Shown piece after piece: positions 50,909 through 61,418 of a stretch of 64,000 nt of DNA. The DNA is taken from the NCBI GenBank assembly GCA_963717465.1, contig OY970340.1:192001-256000 (forward strand). The letters run 5' to 3'. Position 1 is the stretch's first letter; every line of letters starts with the position of its first letter. The stretch is from Candidatus Bathyarchaeota archaeon. Lineage in GTDB: Archaea; Thermoproteota; Bathyarchaeia; Bathyarchaeales; Bathycorpusculaceae. The notes beneath the pieces are model-generated. The model saw nothing but the letters and a program-made list of their open reading frames with translations. It had not been told where the DNA came from and did not search any database. Position numbers and translations under genes: made by a program.

Positions 50909-51176
50909 CTAACCCAAGTCTATTTTTGTCTCTTTTTGTAAAAATTACGACTTGGTAAGGCTTCATGTTAATGCAATCCTTTATCATATTGGCATTTATC
51001 CATATTCTTCCATAAGCGTCTAAGTTAGCTTGAAATTCTTTTTTACCAATTATTATCGTAAATTTTTCATTTAAATCAGGAAACATCGAACGGGCAGTAT
51101 CGACAACGTATATGTACCCTCGCGATGATTCCGAGGTTGAAAGTACCTTCCGATAATATTCTAGCATCTTTCTCAA
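50871..51176 (-). CDS. Paralog of the 50627-50908 protein
   Basis: KVLSTSE..IYV..MFP..F.I..F.A.LD..RIW. Confidence 0.6.
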   Translation of the reverse strand: MRKMLEYYRKVLSTSESSRGYIYVVDTARSMFPDLNEKFTIIIGKKEFQANLDAYGRIWINANMIKDCINMKPYQVVIFTKRDKNRLGLASEHSQQDSPKQ

Positions 51177-51220
51177 GTATTTAACAAAACTAAAATATTA
51201 AATTATTTCATCAAACCCAA

Positions 51221-51310
51221 TTATCCCACGATTGTTAACAGTTAAATCAGGCTATAGTAGCCTATCCCACGACCTTTAACATGAACCCCAAATCCCATGA
51301 CAAGTTAACA
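51221..51310 (-). repeat. Right subterminal repeats, inverted relative to the left set
   Basis: TTATCCCACGATTGTTAACA 51221-51240; CTATCCCACGACCTTTAACA 51262-51281; AATCCCATGACAAGTTAACA 51291-51310. Confidence 0.85.
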
Positions 51311-51518
51311 GAACCTTATTTCGGGGCAAAAGCCAAAAATGAAATGAGTAACAGCAAAAAAATTAAACTAAAAACCTGTAATGAGCAAATGCAGAAAAGC
51401 AACAGCTAATTTCACGATTGGTTCCATTTAGAATTACCCCTGCTTAGTGAGTTGCTAAAGCATTTAATTACATGCCTAATGATTGGAATTCAGGCGATTT
51501 TTCTCAGGAATAAAGCCG

Positions 51519-51794
51519 CTATTCTAATCGTTTGATTATGTGGTACCCAAACTGTGTTTTGACAGGATTTGAAGTCTGCCCCTTTTCCAGCTCGAATGCA
51601 CATTTCTCGAACTCTTTAACCATTTTACCCCTAGTAAAAGTGCCAAGGTCTCCACCCTTTTTTCCAGAGGGACAAAGAGAAACCTGCTGAGCGACTGCAC
51701 CAAATTTTTCGCCTTTATCTAACCGGGCTTTAGCTGCTTTAGCTTCAGTTTCCGTTTTAACCAATATATGTGCACAATGTACTTTATCTGGCAT
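51519..51794 (-). CDS. Parvulin-type peptidyl-prolyl isomerase
   Basis: HILVK, SLCPS..GGDLG.F..G.MV.EFE, VKTQFGYHII. Confidence 0.93.
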   Translation of the reverse strand: MPDKVHCAHILVKTETEAKAAKARLDKGEKFGAVAQQVSLCPSGKKGGDLGTFTRGKMVKEFEKCAFELEKGQTSNPVKTQFGYHIIKRLE

Positions 51795-52127
51795 GAACAA
51801 AACTTAACGTTAGAACAACATATAACTTTTATCTTAAGCTAACCTTCGAAATTGGTCGATACTTATTTTTTTGAAGAATTAAGAACCAACTAGTGCTATG
51901 TCAAAACGTTAGACAAGCAAACAGGATAGGTTAACACGGAAATTTTCTCATATCATCGCGCCTACATCTGCAAATACACTCGACGTTTGGTCAAAAGCTG
52001 TAATATTAAACTCAATATTGGCACTCAAATTCGCTTACTCCAAGTTTTTTAGAAAAAGTGCGCTAAGTAGCTTTTTTATCGAACAACTCAGAATAGAGAC
52101 TTAAGCAACAGTGGGGTTGACTAAATT

Positions 52128-52796
52128 ATGAACAGTCTTAGAAAAGCTAACATCAACAAACTTTATTGGATAGTTATCTTAGGGATTGTTCTGTATGTTC
52201 TTCTCGACATTATAGCTCAGCTTTTGCCGCCACATTATAGTTTAATTAGCCAAGCAGAAAGCGACCTTGCAGTGGGGCAATTTGGATTTATCATGACAAT
52301 CAACTTTCTGAATCGAGGTTTGTTTTCACTTTTGTTTATCTTTGCGTTCCTTGAAACGCTAGATCTGATTGGAGCAGTTCGATCACAGTTTAGAACAGGG
52401 TTATACTTGCTTGGGTTGTGGGGAGTCGGATCTTTGCTGCTTGCATTCTTCCCAACAGATGTTCCTGCCACTCCTATATCCTGGCACGGCGCAATTCATC
52501 TCATAATTGCAATCTTAGCCTTCATTGGTGGAGCATTTGGAACTTTAGCAATATCAACAGAGTTAAGGCAAAAGCGAGAGTTCGAAAGCTTGAGACGTGT
52601 TGCATTGCCATTATCAATTGTAGTTGTTGTAACTTGGGTCATTGAGTTCGGATTGCCTTTCATACTTCCACATTTGAATACTCTTGTAGGAGGCCTCACT
52701 GAACGGTTGTTTCTTGGGTCAGTTCTCCTTTGGTTAGGAGTTACATCGGCTTATTTGGCTACTCGCATGAAAGGGAGGAGCGCGCATGCGTGTTGA
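52128..52796 (+). CDS. DUF998-like membrane protein
   Basis: YSLISQAESDL, FPTD, IH, GLTERL. Confidence 0.78.
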   Translation: MNSLRKANINKLYWIVILGIVLYVLLDIIAQLLPPHYSLISQAESDLAVGQFGFIMTINFLNRGLFSLLFIFAFLETLDLIGAVRSQFRTGLYLLGLWGVGSLLLAFFPTDVPATPISWHGAIHLIIAILAFIGGAFGTLAISTELRQKREFESLRRVALPLSIVVVVTWVIEFGLPFILPHLNTLVGGLTERLFLGSVLLWLGVTSAYLATRMKGRSAHAC

Positions 52797-52987
52797 GACT
52801 CTGTGTGAAAGCTAATTTCGGCTTCAGAAAATTGCCAAGTTCACGGCAAAGAAGTCCAGATTTATGCTGAAGAACCATAAATATTGAGGAATGTTAGGAT
52901 GGGCGCTTAAAGAAGTGATTAGTATTCAATATTGAGCCGCCACAAGACATTTTTATTTTTGAAACGGCTTTATTTTAGTGGTAGTAA

Positions 52988-54943
52988 GTGAAAAAGCAGC
53001 AGAAATTTGACTTTCCTACAACAGAAATCATATTACCGATGGTAACCAAACCAAAGCCTTCTGAGAATAAACGCTGCCTGCACAATGCGAAAGCGCTCAA
53101 AGCCAGAAAGGCCAAACTAGAAATAGATGAAGGAGAAGCAAAATTCAGCTATTTTTTTGAAAAAATGTTAAACGGTATTGCTTATTGTAAAATAATCTTT
53201 AAGGACGATAAACCAGTTGACTTTATCTATATTAAAGTTAACAATGCTTTTGAAAAACTCACTGGACTAAAAAAAGCTCATGTCGTGGGAAAGAAAGTAA
53301 CCGAAGCAATCCCGGGGATTAAACAAGATCATCCTGAATTATTTGAAATATACGGCAGAGTCGCCAAAACAGGAAAAGAAGAGGACTTTGAATTAGACTT
53401 CAAGCCCCTAAAAATTTGGATACATGTTTTGGTTTACAGTCCTAAAAAGGATTATTTTATTGCTGTATTTGAGAATATTACTGAACGCAAGAAAGCCGAA
53501 GAAGCATTGAGAAGTAGCTCTGAACGGTTCATGACGTTAGCCAATTCTTTACCCGAAATAGTTTTCGAAATAGACTTGAATGGGAGAACAACTTACATTA
53601 ATCAAACGGCATATGAAACTATTGGTTATACGAAAGAAGACTTCAACAAAGGTCGCTTTTAACCAAGATTTTCTTGTTCCAGAAAGCATAGAAAAAGCAA
53701 AAACAAACTTTACAAACGCAATAGCAAAATCCGCAACTATAATCGATGAGTACATCTTGAAGAAAAAGGATGGCAGCACATTTAACGCAATAATAAAAGC
53801 AGCCCCAATTAAATCGGGCGACAAGACCATAGGACTAAGAGGAATTGTTACCGATATCACTGAACAGAAAAAAATAACCGAAACTCTTGTCTTCCAAAGC
53901 CAATTGCTTGAAGCTGTCGGACAGGCATTAATTGCAGTCGATAAGAATAGGATCATTCGTTACTGGAATAGAGGAGCAGAAAATCTTTACGGATACACAG
54001 CGGAGGAAGCTCTTGGAAAAAGTATTGATGAGGTTTTTCCGACCGAACATTCTGAAGATTTAGTGGATGAGATTTCTAGTCGCTTGGTTTCTGGTGAAAG
54101 CTGGGTCAACGAAACTCAAGTAAAAAGCCGCAATGGAAAAATGGTGCCCGTAATCGTTACTCGCCATCCTGTTCTTAACAAAGCAAGAGAGTTCATCGGC
54201 GCGATAAGTGTCTATACCGATATAACTGATCAAAAAAGCATGCAGAATGAAATTGCGAAGTACGCAGCCGATTTTAAGGAAAGTTCAGAAAAAGTCAAGG
54301 ACTTAAATGAAAAACTCCGAGTTATCGGCGGCTTAACAAGACACGATGTTCGAAACAAACTGGCTGTTTTCAACGGGTATGTGTACTTATTAAGGAAGAA
54401 AATTGGCGATACCCAAGCAGCGCTACAATATTTAACCAAAATGGATGAAGCCTCAAATCAGATGCTTGCTATTTTAGATTTTGAAAAAGTTTACGAACAA
54501 GTGGGCTCGGAACAACTCGTTTTTGTTAATGTTGGTAAATTTTTTGCTGAGGCATGTGGGCTTATATCTGATTTTAAAGGCATAAATCAAAAATGTGAAT
54601 GTGATGGGTTAGAAGTGTTAGCCGACTCATTGTTACGTCAGCTATTTATAATCTGATGGATAACACATTGAAATACGGTGAGAAAACCACTTTAATCAGG
54701 CTTTATTATAAGGAAAATGAAAACGGGATTTCGCTCGTTTATGAGGACAACGGTGTAGGAATGACAGAGGCAGTTAGGGCACATCTTTTTGAGAAGGGTT
54801 TTGGTAAAGGAACTGGATTTGGCCTTTATATGACAAAGCGCATAATTGACGCTTACGGCTGGACCATAGAAGAAAATGGTGAATTAGGAGCTTGTGCTCG
54901 ATTCACAATGAAAATACCACAAAGCAAATTCAAACTGAAATAG
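52988..54943 (+). CDS. Multi-PAS sensor histidine kinase; two frameshifts
   Basis: PAS/PAC motifs (NITERK, DITEQK), H-box RHDVRN, DNGVG, GFGLY; breaks in T runs near 53658 and 54645. Confidence 0.87.
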
Positions 54944-55126
54944 ATTAACTATGGCACGCATGGTTGTTCCCAAAATAGCTGGAAGGATGTTTTTGGTTAA
55001 CTTTTTCGTGATAACGTTTGATTTAGAAACCTGTTGATGATGCAAAAGCCAAAAATCACAGGAAAGAATTATGCATCTCAAAAAGAATTTAGGAACACGC
55101 ATGCTCACTAATTTTAGGCGTAATAA

Positions 55127-55731
55127 TTATTGTTGCTTGTGATTATTTCCGTGCCTTTCATGATTCAATTGTTTTTGGACTGAAACAGAATTCCAATTTT
55201 TTAAATGAGAAAGGTATTTTGAGGCGGTTTGCATCGTAGGAAAAATAAAGATATGCCTTTCATAATGTGGATAGGTATATCGTTTTGGATGTACGGAAAG
55301 CAATTCTTCGCGCATTCTCTTAGATAGTTCCATGAATTCATCATAATTCCTATGAACGGTTATGGCAAACCAGCTTGTTCCTACATGACTTTGGTCCTCA
55401 AGGAGACAAAGTACTTCGGGATGCTTGTTTGTAAATTCATGGGCTTCTTCAAGTTGAACAGATGTTAAAACGTCAGGAGTTGATGAGAAATGGAAAACAA
55501 CGACATCAAGTCCCATGCCGTGTAAGTCAGGTATTATGATGTATTCTCTTACGTACCCTCTTGCTCAAGCTTCCTTCTTCGTTTAGATAATAGTGTATTA
55601 CTTATCCCCAAAACTTTAGCAATAGCCCTATCGCTTTTATTACTTTGTGCCATTAGAGCAAACAAAACTCTCAAGTCTTGCAAATTCAATTGTGAATATG
55701 AATCTTGTTTGTCCGAAGATTTATGGCTCAT
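55127..55731 (-). CDS. Lrp/AsnC-like HTH regulator, frameshifted
   Basis: SDRAIAKVLGIS..RRRKLEQEG continues as REYIIIPDL..GL in another frame. Confidence 0.72.
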
Positions 55732-55797
55732 AAATTATAGTACCAGCAACCTGTTTCAATGTTTTTTCGAGTCGCGCTGAAATATGATGCTTGGCAC

Positions 55798-56187
55798 TTA
55801 TTTTTCAGTTGGCCATAGTTTTGCGTCGTAACTTGTGATTAACCAAACACCATTTTTTCGTTTTAAGCCAAGCAAACTGTATCCCCAAGTGAACGCTCCT
55901 TCCCCACTACCATCAGCATAATAACGAACCCTCGCATGTGCCTCGTCACCAACTACATTGTCAACAATAGCAGAGTACGCAATATGCTTCATATGGGGAT
56001 TTGCTTCAAGGAGAACTGTGTAAAATTCTCTGATTGCAGTTAATCCCTCAAGCAAACTATCAAGAAAATTAACCACAGCACCATCGTGAAAACAAGCCAT
56101 TACTCCATCTATATTCTTCATATCGATTTGCCAAAAATAATTCATCACAGCATCCTTGATCTGTTCATATGCCAACGGGTCTTCCAA
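55798..56187 (-). CDS. SnoaL/NTF2-like protein
   Basis: Y..ID..D....F..GA..G..AI.F..H..NGVWLI. Confidence 0.78.
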   Translation of the reverse strand: MEDPLAYEQIKDAVMNYFWQIDMKNIDGVMACFHDGAVVNFLDSLLEGLTAIREFYTVLLEANPHMKHIAYSAIVDNVVGDEAHARVRYYADGSGEGAFTWGYSLLGLKRKNGVWLITSYDAKLWPTEK

Positions 56188-56269
56188 TTCTCATCCCAAC
56201 TTATCTTAATTGATGATAATTAAGGGCTATTACGTTATATGTTTTTTCAGAAGCGCACATGCCTTCCTA

Positions 56270-56683
56270 TAGCGCTCTTATCCGCGGCGTTCTTCAATAA
56301 CTTCTGGGAAATCAATGTCGAACCAGCTAACTGTAGAAGGCGGGTTAATTACTAGACACTCTAGTATCTAATCCACAGCCTAGATTCAACACCACAACAT
56401 TTGGGTTTGATCTAAGAAATTCTTTGACCCATTCATCCAGTTGCCTAGCTCTGACAACCAGAACATTGCCATTTCCAAAGTGTTCAAGCTTCTCATAATC
56501 ATAATCAATCATCTTAACTATTCCATCGGCTTTTTCATCGTGCAGAATGGAGTGTTTAGAGCGGCTGTCTAAGGCTTTCGCGTAAAGAGGCATAAGAAGC
56601 GTTGCTTTTTCGCCTGTTAAACGCGCCTTGTGTTTTTGATTAAGATTAGATTCATTTTCATTTTTAGACGGCGAACTCATCAA
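56270..56683 (-). pseudogene. Truncated LCM-type SAM-dependent methyltransferase
   Basis: TLLMPLYAKA, VVLNLGCGLDTR, then out-of-frame WFDIDFPEVI..R; remainder missing. Confidence 0.75.
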
Positions 56684-56826
56684 CTAACCAGTCCCCGCGT
56701 CAATTATTTCTTAAAGCTAAAAAATGTAGTGGATTATTGAAGAAAGACTTTCTCTTTCCGTAAAATGCAAAATTCAGAGTAACCGCGCGGCGCGCATTTG
56801 GAGCTGTTTCGATAGCTCGTAAGCCC

Positions 56827-57159
56827 TTATATTTTCTCTTCTTCAAAGCCTTTAATCGATTTCTTTAATGCCTCAAGTGTTTCCTGAACTGTTTGATTAT
56901 CGATCATGTTTATGTTCAATTCTGTTGGTTTGTTGCTTCTCATAAAGTGGTCTGTTGCGAAGTCTATAACAACCATAGTGAACACTTTCCAGAGCTTTGA
57001 CATTTGCATGTTGTAGATTTCATCATCAGTGAATCCTTCTTCACGCATTCTTCCTAACAGTTCATTTCCTAAATCGATTTCCAAGAACCCTTGCTTTTTC
57101 GTTTCTTCTAAGAATTCCCTGAAAGTCATGTCGTAAACGTTCTTGCTTAAGCTAGACAT
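56827..57159 (-). CDS. Hypothetical protein
   Basis: 110 aa ORF with ATG start, no recognisable motif. Confidence 0.55.
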   Translation of the reverse strand: MSSLSKNVYDMTFREFLEETKKQGFLEIDLGNELLGRMREEGFTDDEIYNMQMSKLWKVFTMVVIDFATDHFMRSNKPTELNINMIDNQTVQETLEALKKSIKGFEEEKI

Positions 57160-57537
57160 GTTATTCTTGTTTGTTTGGTTGCTTTCTTAACAATTATTGC
57201 ATACCAAAAAATATGCACATTTAACATTTAAATGGACTTTTATCCGATAATCGTCATTTAGTTGTCTTATTTTAGGAAACCTAAGTATAATGTGTACCAT
57301 ACTAATTTCAATTTCAAGAGAAATTCTTCCGCCTAAAGTTAGTAATGCTTGACTATCGTTAGCTAAACCGCTTTATCGTGGACTATATAGAGAAATAAGT
57401 GGAAATAGTTTGAATTGGGAAATAACGCACACGTTAAAAAACTAGATATGACTAGTTCTGATTAATGCTAAAAATTAATTTGCAATCCAGAAACTGGCTT
57501 CATAATATTTAATATCCATAGCACAGCAAATGAGATC

Positions 57538-57954
57538 ATGAACTCGGCGCAAACAGAAGACGCCCTAAGAATCGAAACTAGCTCTCAAACCATCGACCAG
57601 AAGAAAACATGCTCGAAAAACTGTTTGCGCATTTTACATGTTGATGATGATTTGTGTTTTATGGAAGTCTCAAAGCAGATACTAACAGTGGAAAATAACT
57701 TTGATATTGATACAGTTGTTTCAGTTGATGAAGCCTTTAAAAAAATGGAAAAACAATCCTATGATGCGATTGTTTCCGATTATGAAATGCCTCTTAAGAA
57801 TGGCTTGGACTTTCTAAGAGAACTTAGAAAAAAGAAAAATGAAATGCCCTTTATTTTGTTTACGGGAAAAAGCAGAGAAGATGTTGCCGTTAAAGCTTTG
57901 AATTTAGGCGCCGACCGCTACATCAATAAAAATGGTTCTCTTGCAGTAAGTTAG
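57538..57954 (+). CDS. Response regulator receiver domain, possibly 3'-truncated
   Basis: ILHVDDD, SDYEMP..NGL, FTG, GADRYINK. Confidence 0.87.
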   Translation: MNSAQTEDALRIETSSQTIDQKKTCSKNCLRILHVDDDLCFMEVSKQILTVENNFDIDTVVSVDEAFKKMEKQSYDAIVSDYEMPLKNGLDFLRELRKKKNEMPFILFTGKSREDVAVKALNLGADRYINKNGSLAVS

Positions 57955-58134
57955 TACGGTGAGCAAGAGGATAGAAGAAGAATAAGAAGACGTAGACGTA
58001 GTTGAAAAAGGAGAGAGAGGATTAAATTTTAATCCCACACTTTCCGCCGTTTATGCTTATGTTCTAAATTGCATTTTTCTAAAGCCTTAAATTCCGTTTC
58101 TGTCAAATGGTAACTGAACATAAGGAGGAAAATT

Positions 58135-58467
58135 ATGCAATCTAACTATGTTAAAGTTGCTGTGACAACAGAGATTCCAGTTGGAAAAATGAAAGCTGTA
58201 AAGCTGGAAAGCAAAGAGATTCTAATAGTCAATGTAAACGGAAACTATTTTGCAATCGGTTCGAAGTGCACGCATGCAGGCGGAGACCTATCCAAAGGTA
58301 CTTTGGAAGGGAACATTGTTACTTGCCCAAAGCATAATGCAAAATTCGACGTAACAACGGGCAAAGTTGTTTCGCACCCAAAAGTGGCACTCTTTCACCC
58401 CAAAGCAAACGACGAACCCACTTATCAAGTCAAAGTTGAAAACGAAAACATCTTGGTCAAACTCTGA
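58135..58467 (+). CDS. Rieske [2Fe-2S] ferredoxin
   Basis: CTH..CPKH..FDVTTG. Confidence 0.9.
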   Translation: MQSNYVKVAVTTEIPVGKMKAVKLESKEILIVNVNGNYFAIGSKCTHAGGDLSKGTLEGNIVTCPKHNAKFDVTTGKVVSHPKVALFHPKANDEPTYQVKVENENILVKL

Positions 58468-58745
58468 ACAAAAAAAGATACGATTGGTTGAGAGAGAGGG
58501 AGAGGGGGATAATTGCAGACTTGAACGAGGCTGGTTTACAAATGTTCAAGTGTACCAGGGATGTGGTTGGGCAGGGCTTCTTCAGACATTCGGCTCAAAA
58601 GAAACTCACCGCCTGAGCGTCTAAGTTTAGCGTTTGCCTGATGGGTTTTTTACTCAATACTTCAACTCTTACCAAAATATATTTAATAATAACTCCTTAG
58701 CTTTTAGTAGCAATAAAAACAGTCTTTGAAACAAAGGTGCAAGAA

Positions 58746-58949
58746 ATGAGCGATAAATCAGCTGGGTACTGGGTGAAGTTAGCACAGAGGATAATTGGTT
58801 TGGTCGTACTGATTTTCGGGGCATTGCTAATTTATTTCACTTTAACAAGCCTTAATAACCTTGGAATTTTCAGTTGGCTGTTTGGAGCCTTAAGCCTAGT
58901 TTTGATTATCTTAGGCATATTCATCATGATAATCAAATCGCCGGAATAA
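58746..58949 (+). CDS. Small two-helix membrane protein
   Basis: Two hydrophobic segments. Confidence 0.65.
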   Translation: MSDKSAGYWVKLAQRIIGLVVLIFGALLIYFTLTSLNNLGIFSWLFGALSLVLIILGIFIMIIKSPE

Positions 58950-59170
58950 AAAAAATCAATTAAACTTGGCAGAGTAAATTAATTTAACGGGTTCACATCT
59001 CATTTTTTGACTGCACAGAAAAGCAAGGAAAAGCAATGGTTGCCATCAACGCCATTTTGCTCTATGATACTTAGTTTGAAAGGAGCCAAAGATACTAGGA
59101 ACAGCTCCTAGGAAAACTCTAATAAAAAAATTAATTAGCAAACAAATCAATAAGAACATGGCGACTTTAG

Positions 59171-59479
59171 ATGAGCAAATCTGGTTTTCAAGCATTTCAA
59201 CAAGAATCGCCCGAAGTGGCGGCTGCATTCAACAGTTTAATAGAAAAACTCGCCAAGCCTTCAGCCCTTGATACAAAAACAAAACAGTTACTCTACATCG
59301 CCATGAATGTTGTAACTGGAAATCAAGGCGCGGTCCTTGCTCACGTGCCTATGGCTAAAAATCTTGGAGTAACTCGTGACGAAATCAAAGAAACCATAAT
59401 CTTAACCATAACTGTAGTGGGCTTAAAAGGCATAAATCAATGTTTAGCAAGCGTACTTGAAGCGTACGATAAAACTTGA
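59171..59479 (+). CDS. Carboxymuconolactone decarboxylase-family protein
   Basis: ALD.KTKQL..H..A..G.T..EI.E. Confidence 0.85.
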   Translation: MSKSGFQAFQQESPEVAAAFNSLIEKLAKPSALDTKTKQLLYIAMNVVTGNQGAVLAHVPMAKNLGVTRDEIKETIILTITVVGLKGINQCLASVLEAYDKT

Positions 59480-59555
59480 TTTAATTCATACATTGATTTA
59501 TTAGGCGTCAACTTATTATTCACCAGATTATTTCGAAAATAGTGGAGACAGGAAA

Positions 59556-61337
59556 ATGCCTATACGACAACCAATTGTTTGCGTTCTCGGACACGTTGAC
59601 GCAGGCAAGACGTCCCTTTTGGATGAACTGCGAAAAACAAGCGTCCAAGCTCGAGAAGCGGGTGGAATGACACAGCACATTGGTGCCAGCTTTTTCCCGG
59701 TTGAAACCCTTAAACAATTAATCGGTCCATTACTGTCAACCTTTAAAAGCGGAATAGAAATTCCAGGCTTACTCATCGTAGATACACCTGGACACGAAGC
59801 ATTCACTAACCTGCGACGCAGAGGCGGAAGCGTAGCAGATATCGCTATTCTCGTAGTTGATATTCAAAAAGGGTTTGAAGCACAAACTTTTGAATGCATA
59901 GAAATACTGAAAGCCCGCAAAACACCGTTCATAGTTGCAGTTAACAAGATTGACCGAGTGCCCGGATGGAAAACTGAAAAATCAATGCCATTCTTAAAGT
60001 CTTATTCGTTGCAGGCAAGTTTTGTTAAGGAAGACTTTGATAACCGATTATACAAAGTTATGGGGGACTTTTCACGCTTAGGCTTCAAAACAGACCGTTT
60101 CGACCACATCAAGGATTTCACTTCAAACGTGGCGTTAGTACCGACCAGCGCAAAAACCGGTGAAGGTTTACCTGAGCTAATCATGGTTTTGGTGGGTTTA
60201 ACCCAGCAGTACCTAAAGAAGCGTTTGATGACAACTGAAGGTCCAGCTAAAGGCTCCGTTTTAGAGGTTAAGGAGGAGCCAGGTTTAGGATTGACGTTAA
60301 ACGCGATTATTTATGATGGTATTCTCTCGAAGGATGATTTAATAGTGGTTGGTGGAAAAGAAAAACCGATCACGACAAGAATCAGAGCAATACTTGTTCC
60401 AAAACCGTTAGATGAAATCCGTGATCCAAGAGACAAATTTTCATCCGTAGACAGCGTTTATGCTTCTGCAGGAATAAAGATTGTTGCACCAGACTTGGAT
60501 GGCGCATTGTCTGGATCGCCGCTATTTGCTGTTCCAGCAGGTGAAGAACCTGAAAATTACGCAAAGCTAGTAACTGAAGAAGTCGGCAGGATTAGGATTG
60601 CAACTGAAATTGCTGGAGTTATTGTTAAGGCTGACACTTTGGGTTCTCTAGAGGCTATGGCAGAAATTTTGAAGACAAATAATGTGCAAGTGCGGATAGC
60701 TGATGTTGGGGACATTTCGAAACGCGATGTAATAGAAGCCTCAGTTGTGAAGACAAATGCACCGTTATCGGGAGCAATTTTAGCTTTCGGAGTAAAAACT
60801 TTGCCCGATGCTCAGGAAGAGGCAGAAAAAAATAATATTCCAATTTTCAAAGAACCCATCATTTACAATTTGATTGATAAGTATCTTGAATGGGCAAAGA
60901 TGAAGCGTGAAGCAAAAAGCGAACAGGAATTTGAAGCGTTAGTTAAGCCTGGAAAAGTCCATATTATGCCAAACTGCATTTTCCGCCGTGCTAAACCCGC
61001 GATCTTCGGAGTTGAAGTTTTAGGCGGCAGGCTAAAGCCTAAGGTCAGTTTGATTAAGGCAGACGGCAATGATGTTGGCGAAGTAGAGCAGATTCAGGAG
61101 GAAGGCAAACCTGTGGCTGAAGCTAAACAGGGCATGCAAGTGGCAATTTCTATGGATAAACCGATTGTTGGCAGACACCTGTTTGAGAGAGACGTACTTT
61201 ACGTAAAGGTTCCTGAAGACGATGTCAAGACATTGTTAACTAAGCACACAGATGATTTAACGTCTGAAGAACAGGAAGTTCTAAAAGAATACATTGCTCT
61301 TATGCGGAAAAAAACACTGTTTTGGGGCGGAGTCTAA
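59556..61337 (+). CDS. infB: Translation initiation factor aIF5B (IF-2)
   Basis: RQPIVCVLGHVDAGKT, DTPGHEAF, NKID, SAKTGEG, ADTLGSLEA; no intein. Confidence 0.97.
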   Translation: MPIRQPIVCVLGHVDAGKTSLLDELRKTSVQAREAGGMTQHIGASFFPVETLKQLIGPLLSTFKSGIEIPGLLIVDTPGHEAFTNLRRRGGSVADIAILVVDIQKGFEAQTFECIEILKARKTPFIVAVNKIDRVPGWKTEKSMPFLKSYSLQASFVKEDFDNRLYKVMGDFSRLGFKTDRFDHIKDFTSNVALVPTSAKTGEGLPELIMVLVGLTQQYLKKRLMTTEGPAKGSVLEVKEEPGLGLTLNAIIYDGILSKDDLIVVGGKEKPITTRIRAILVPKPLDEIRDPRDKFSSVDSVYASAGIKIVAPDLDGALSGSPLFAVPAGEEPENYAKLVTEEVGRIRIATEIAGVIVKADTLGSLEAMAEILKTNNVQVRIADVGDISKRDVIEASVVKTNAPLSGAILAFGVKTLPDAQEEAEKNNIPIFKEPIIYNLIDKYLEWAKMKREAKSEQEFEALVKPGKVHIMPNCIFRRAKPAIFGVEVLGGRLKPKVSLIKADGNDVGEVEQIQEEGKPVAEAKQGMQVAISMDKPIVGRHLFERDVLYVKVPEDDVKTLLTKHTDDLTSEEQEVLKEYIALMRKKTLFWGGV

Positions 61338-61418
61338 ATTTCTCTTTTCGCCTTTGAGGCAAAGACATTAGCAATTACTCATGTAACAAGTAGCCTAATA
61401 GGCAGAAGGCTAAAATGA

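Larger units (their letters stand above)
46978..51315. mobile_element. IS6-family transposon with passenger genes, 4338 bp
   Basis: Terminal IRs GGTTCTGTTAACTT (46978-46991) and AAGTTAACAGAACC (51302-51315); direct repeat TTATTTCG at 46970-46977 and 51316-51323; one DDE transposase inside. Confidence 0.92.

Noticed and set aside
57950..58045. Purine-rich stretch and GGATTAAATTTTAATCC palindrome
   Set aside because: Low complexity and a single occurrence; no function can be supported.
59556..61337. Intein in aIF5B (also checked in CDC48)
   Set aside because: Lengths and motif spacing are normal, with no insertion visible.
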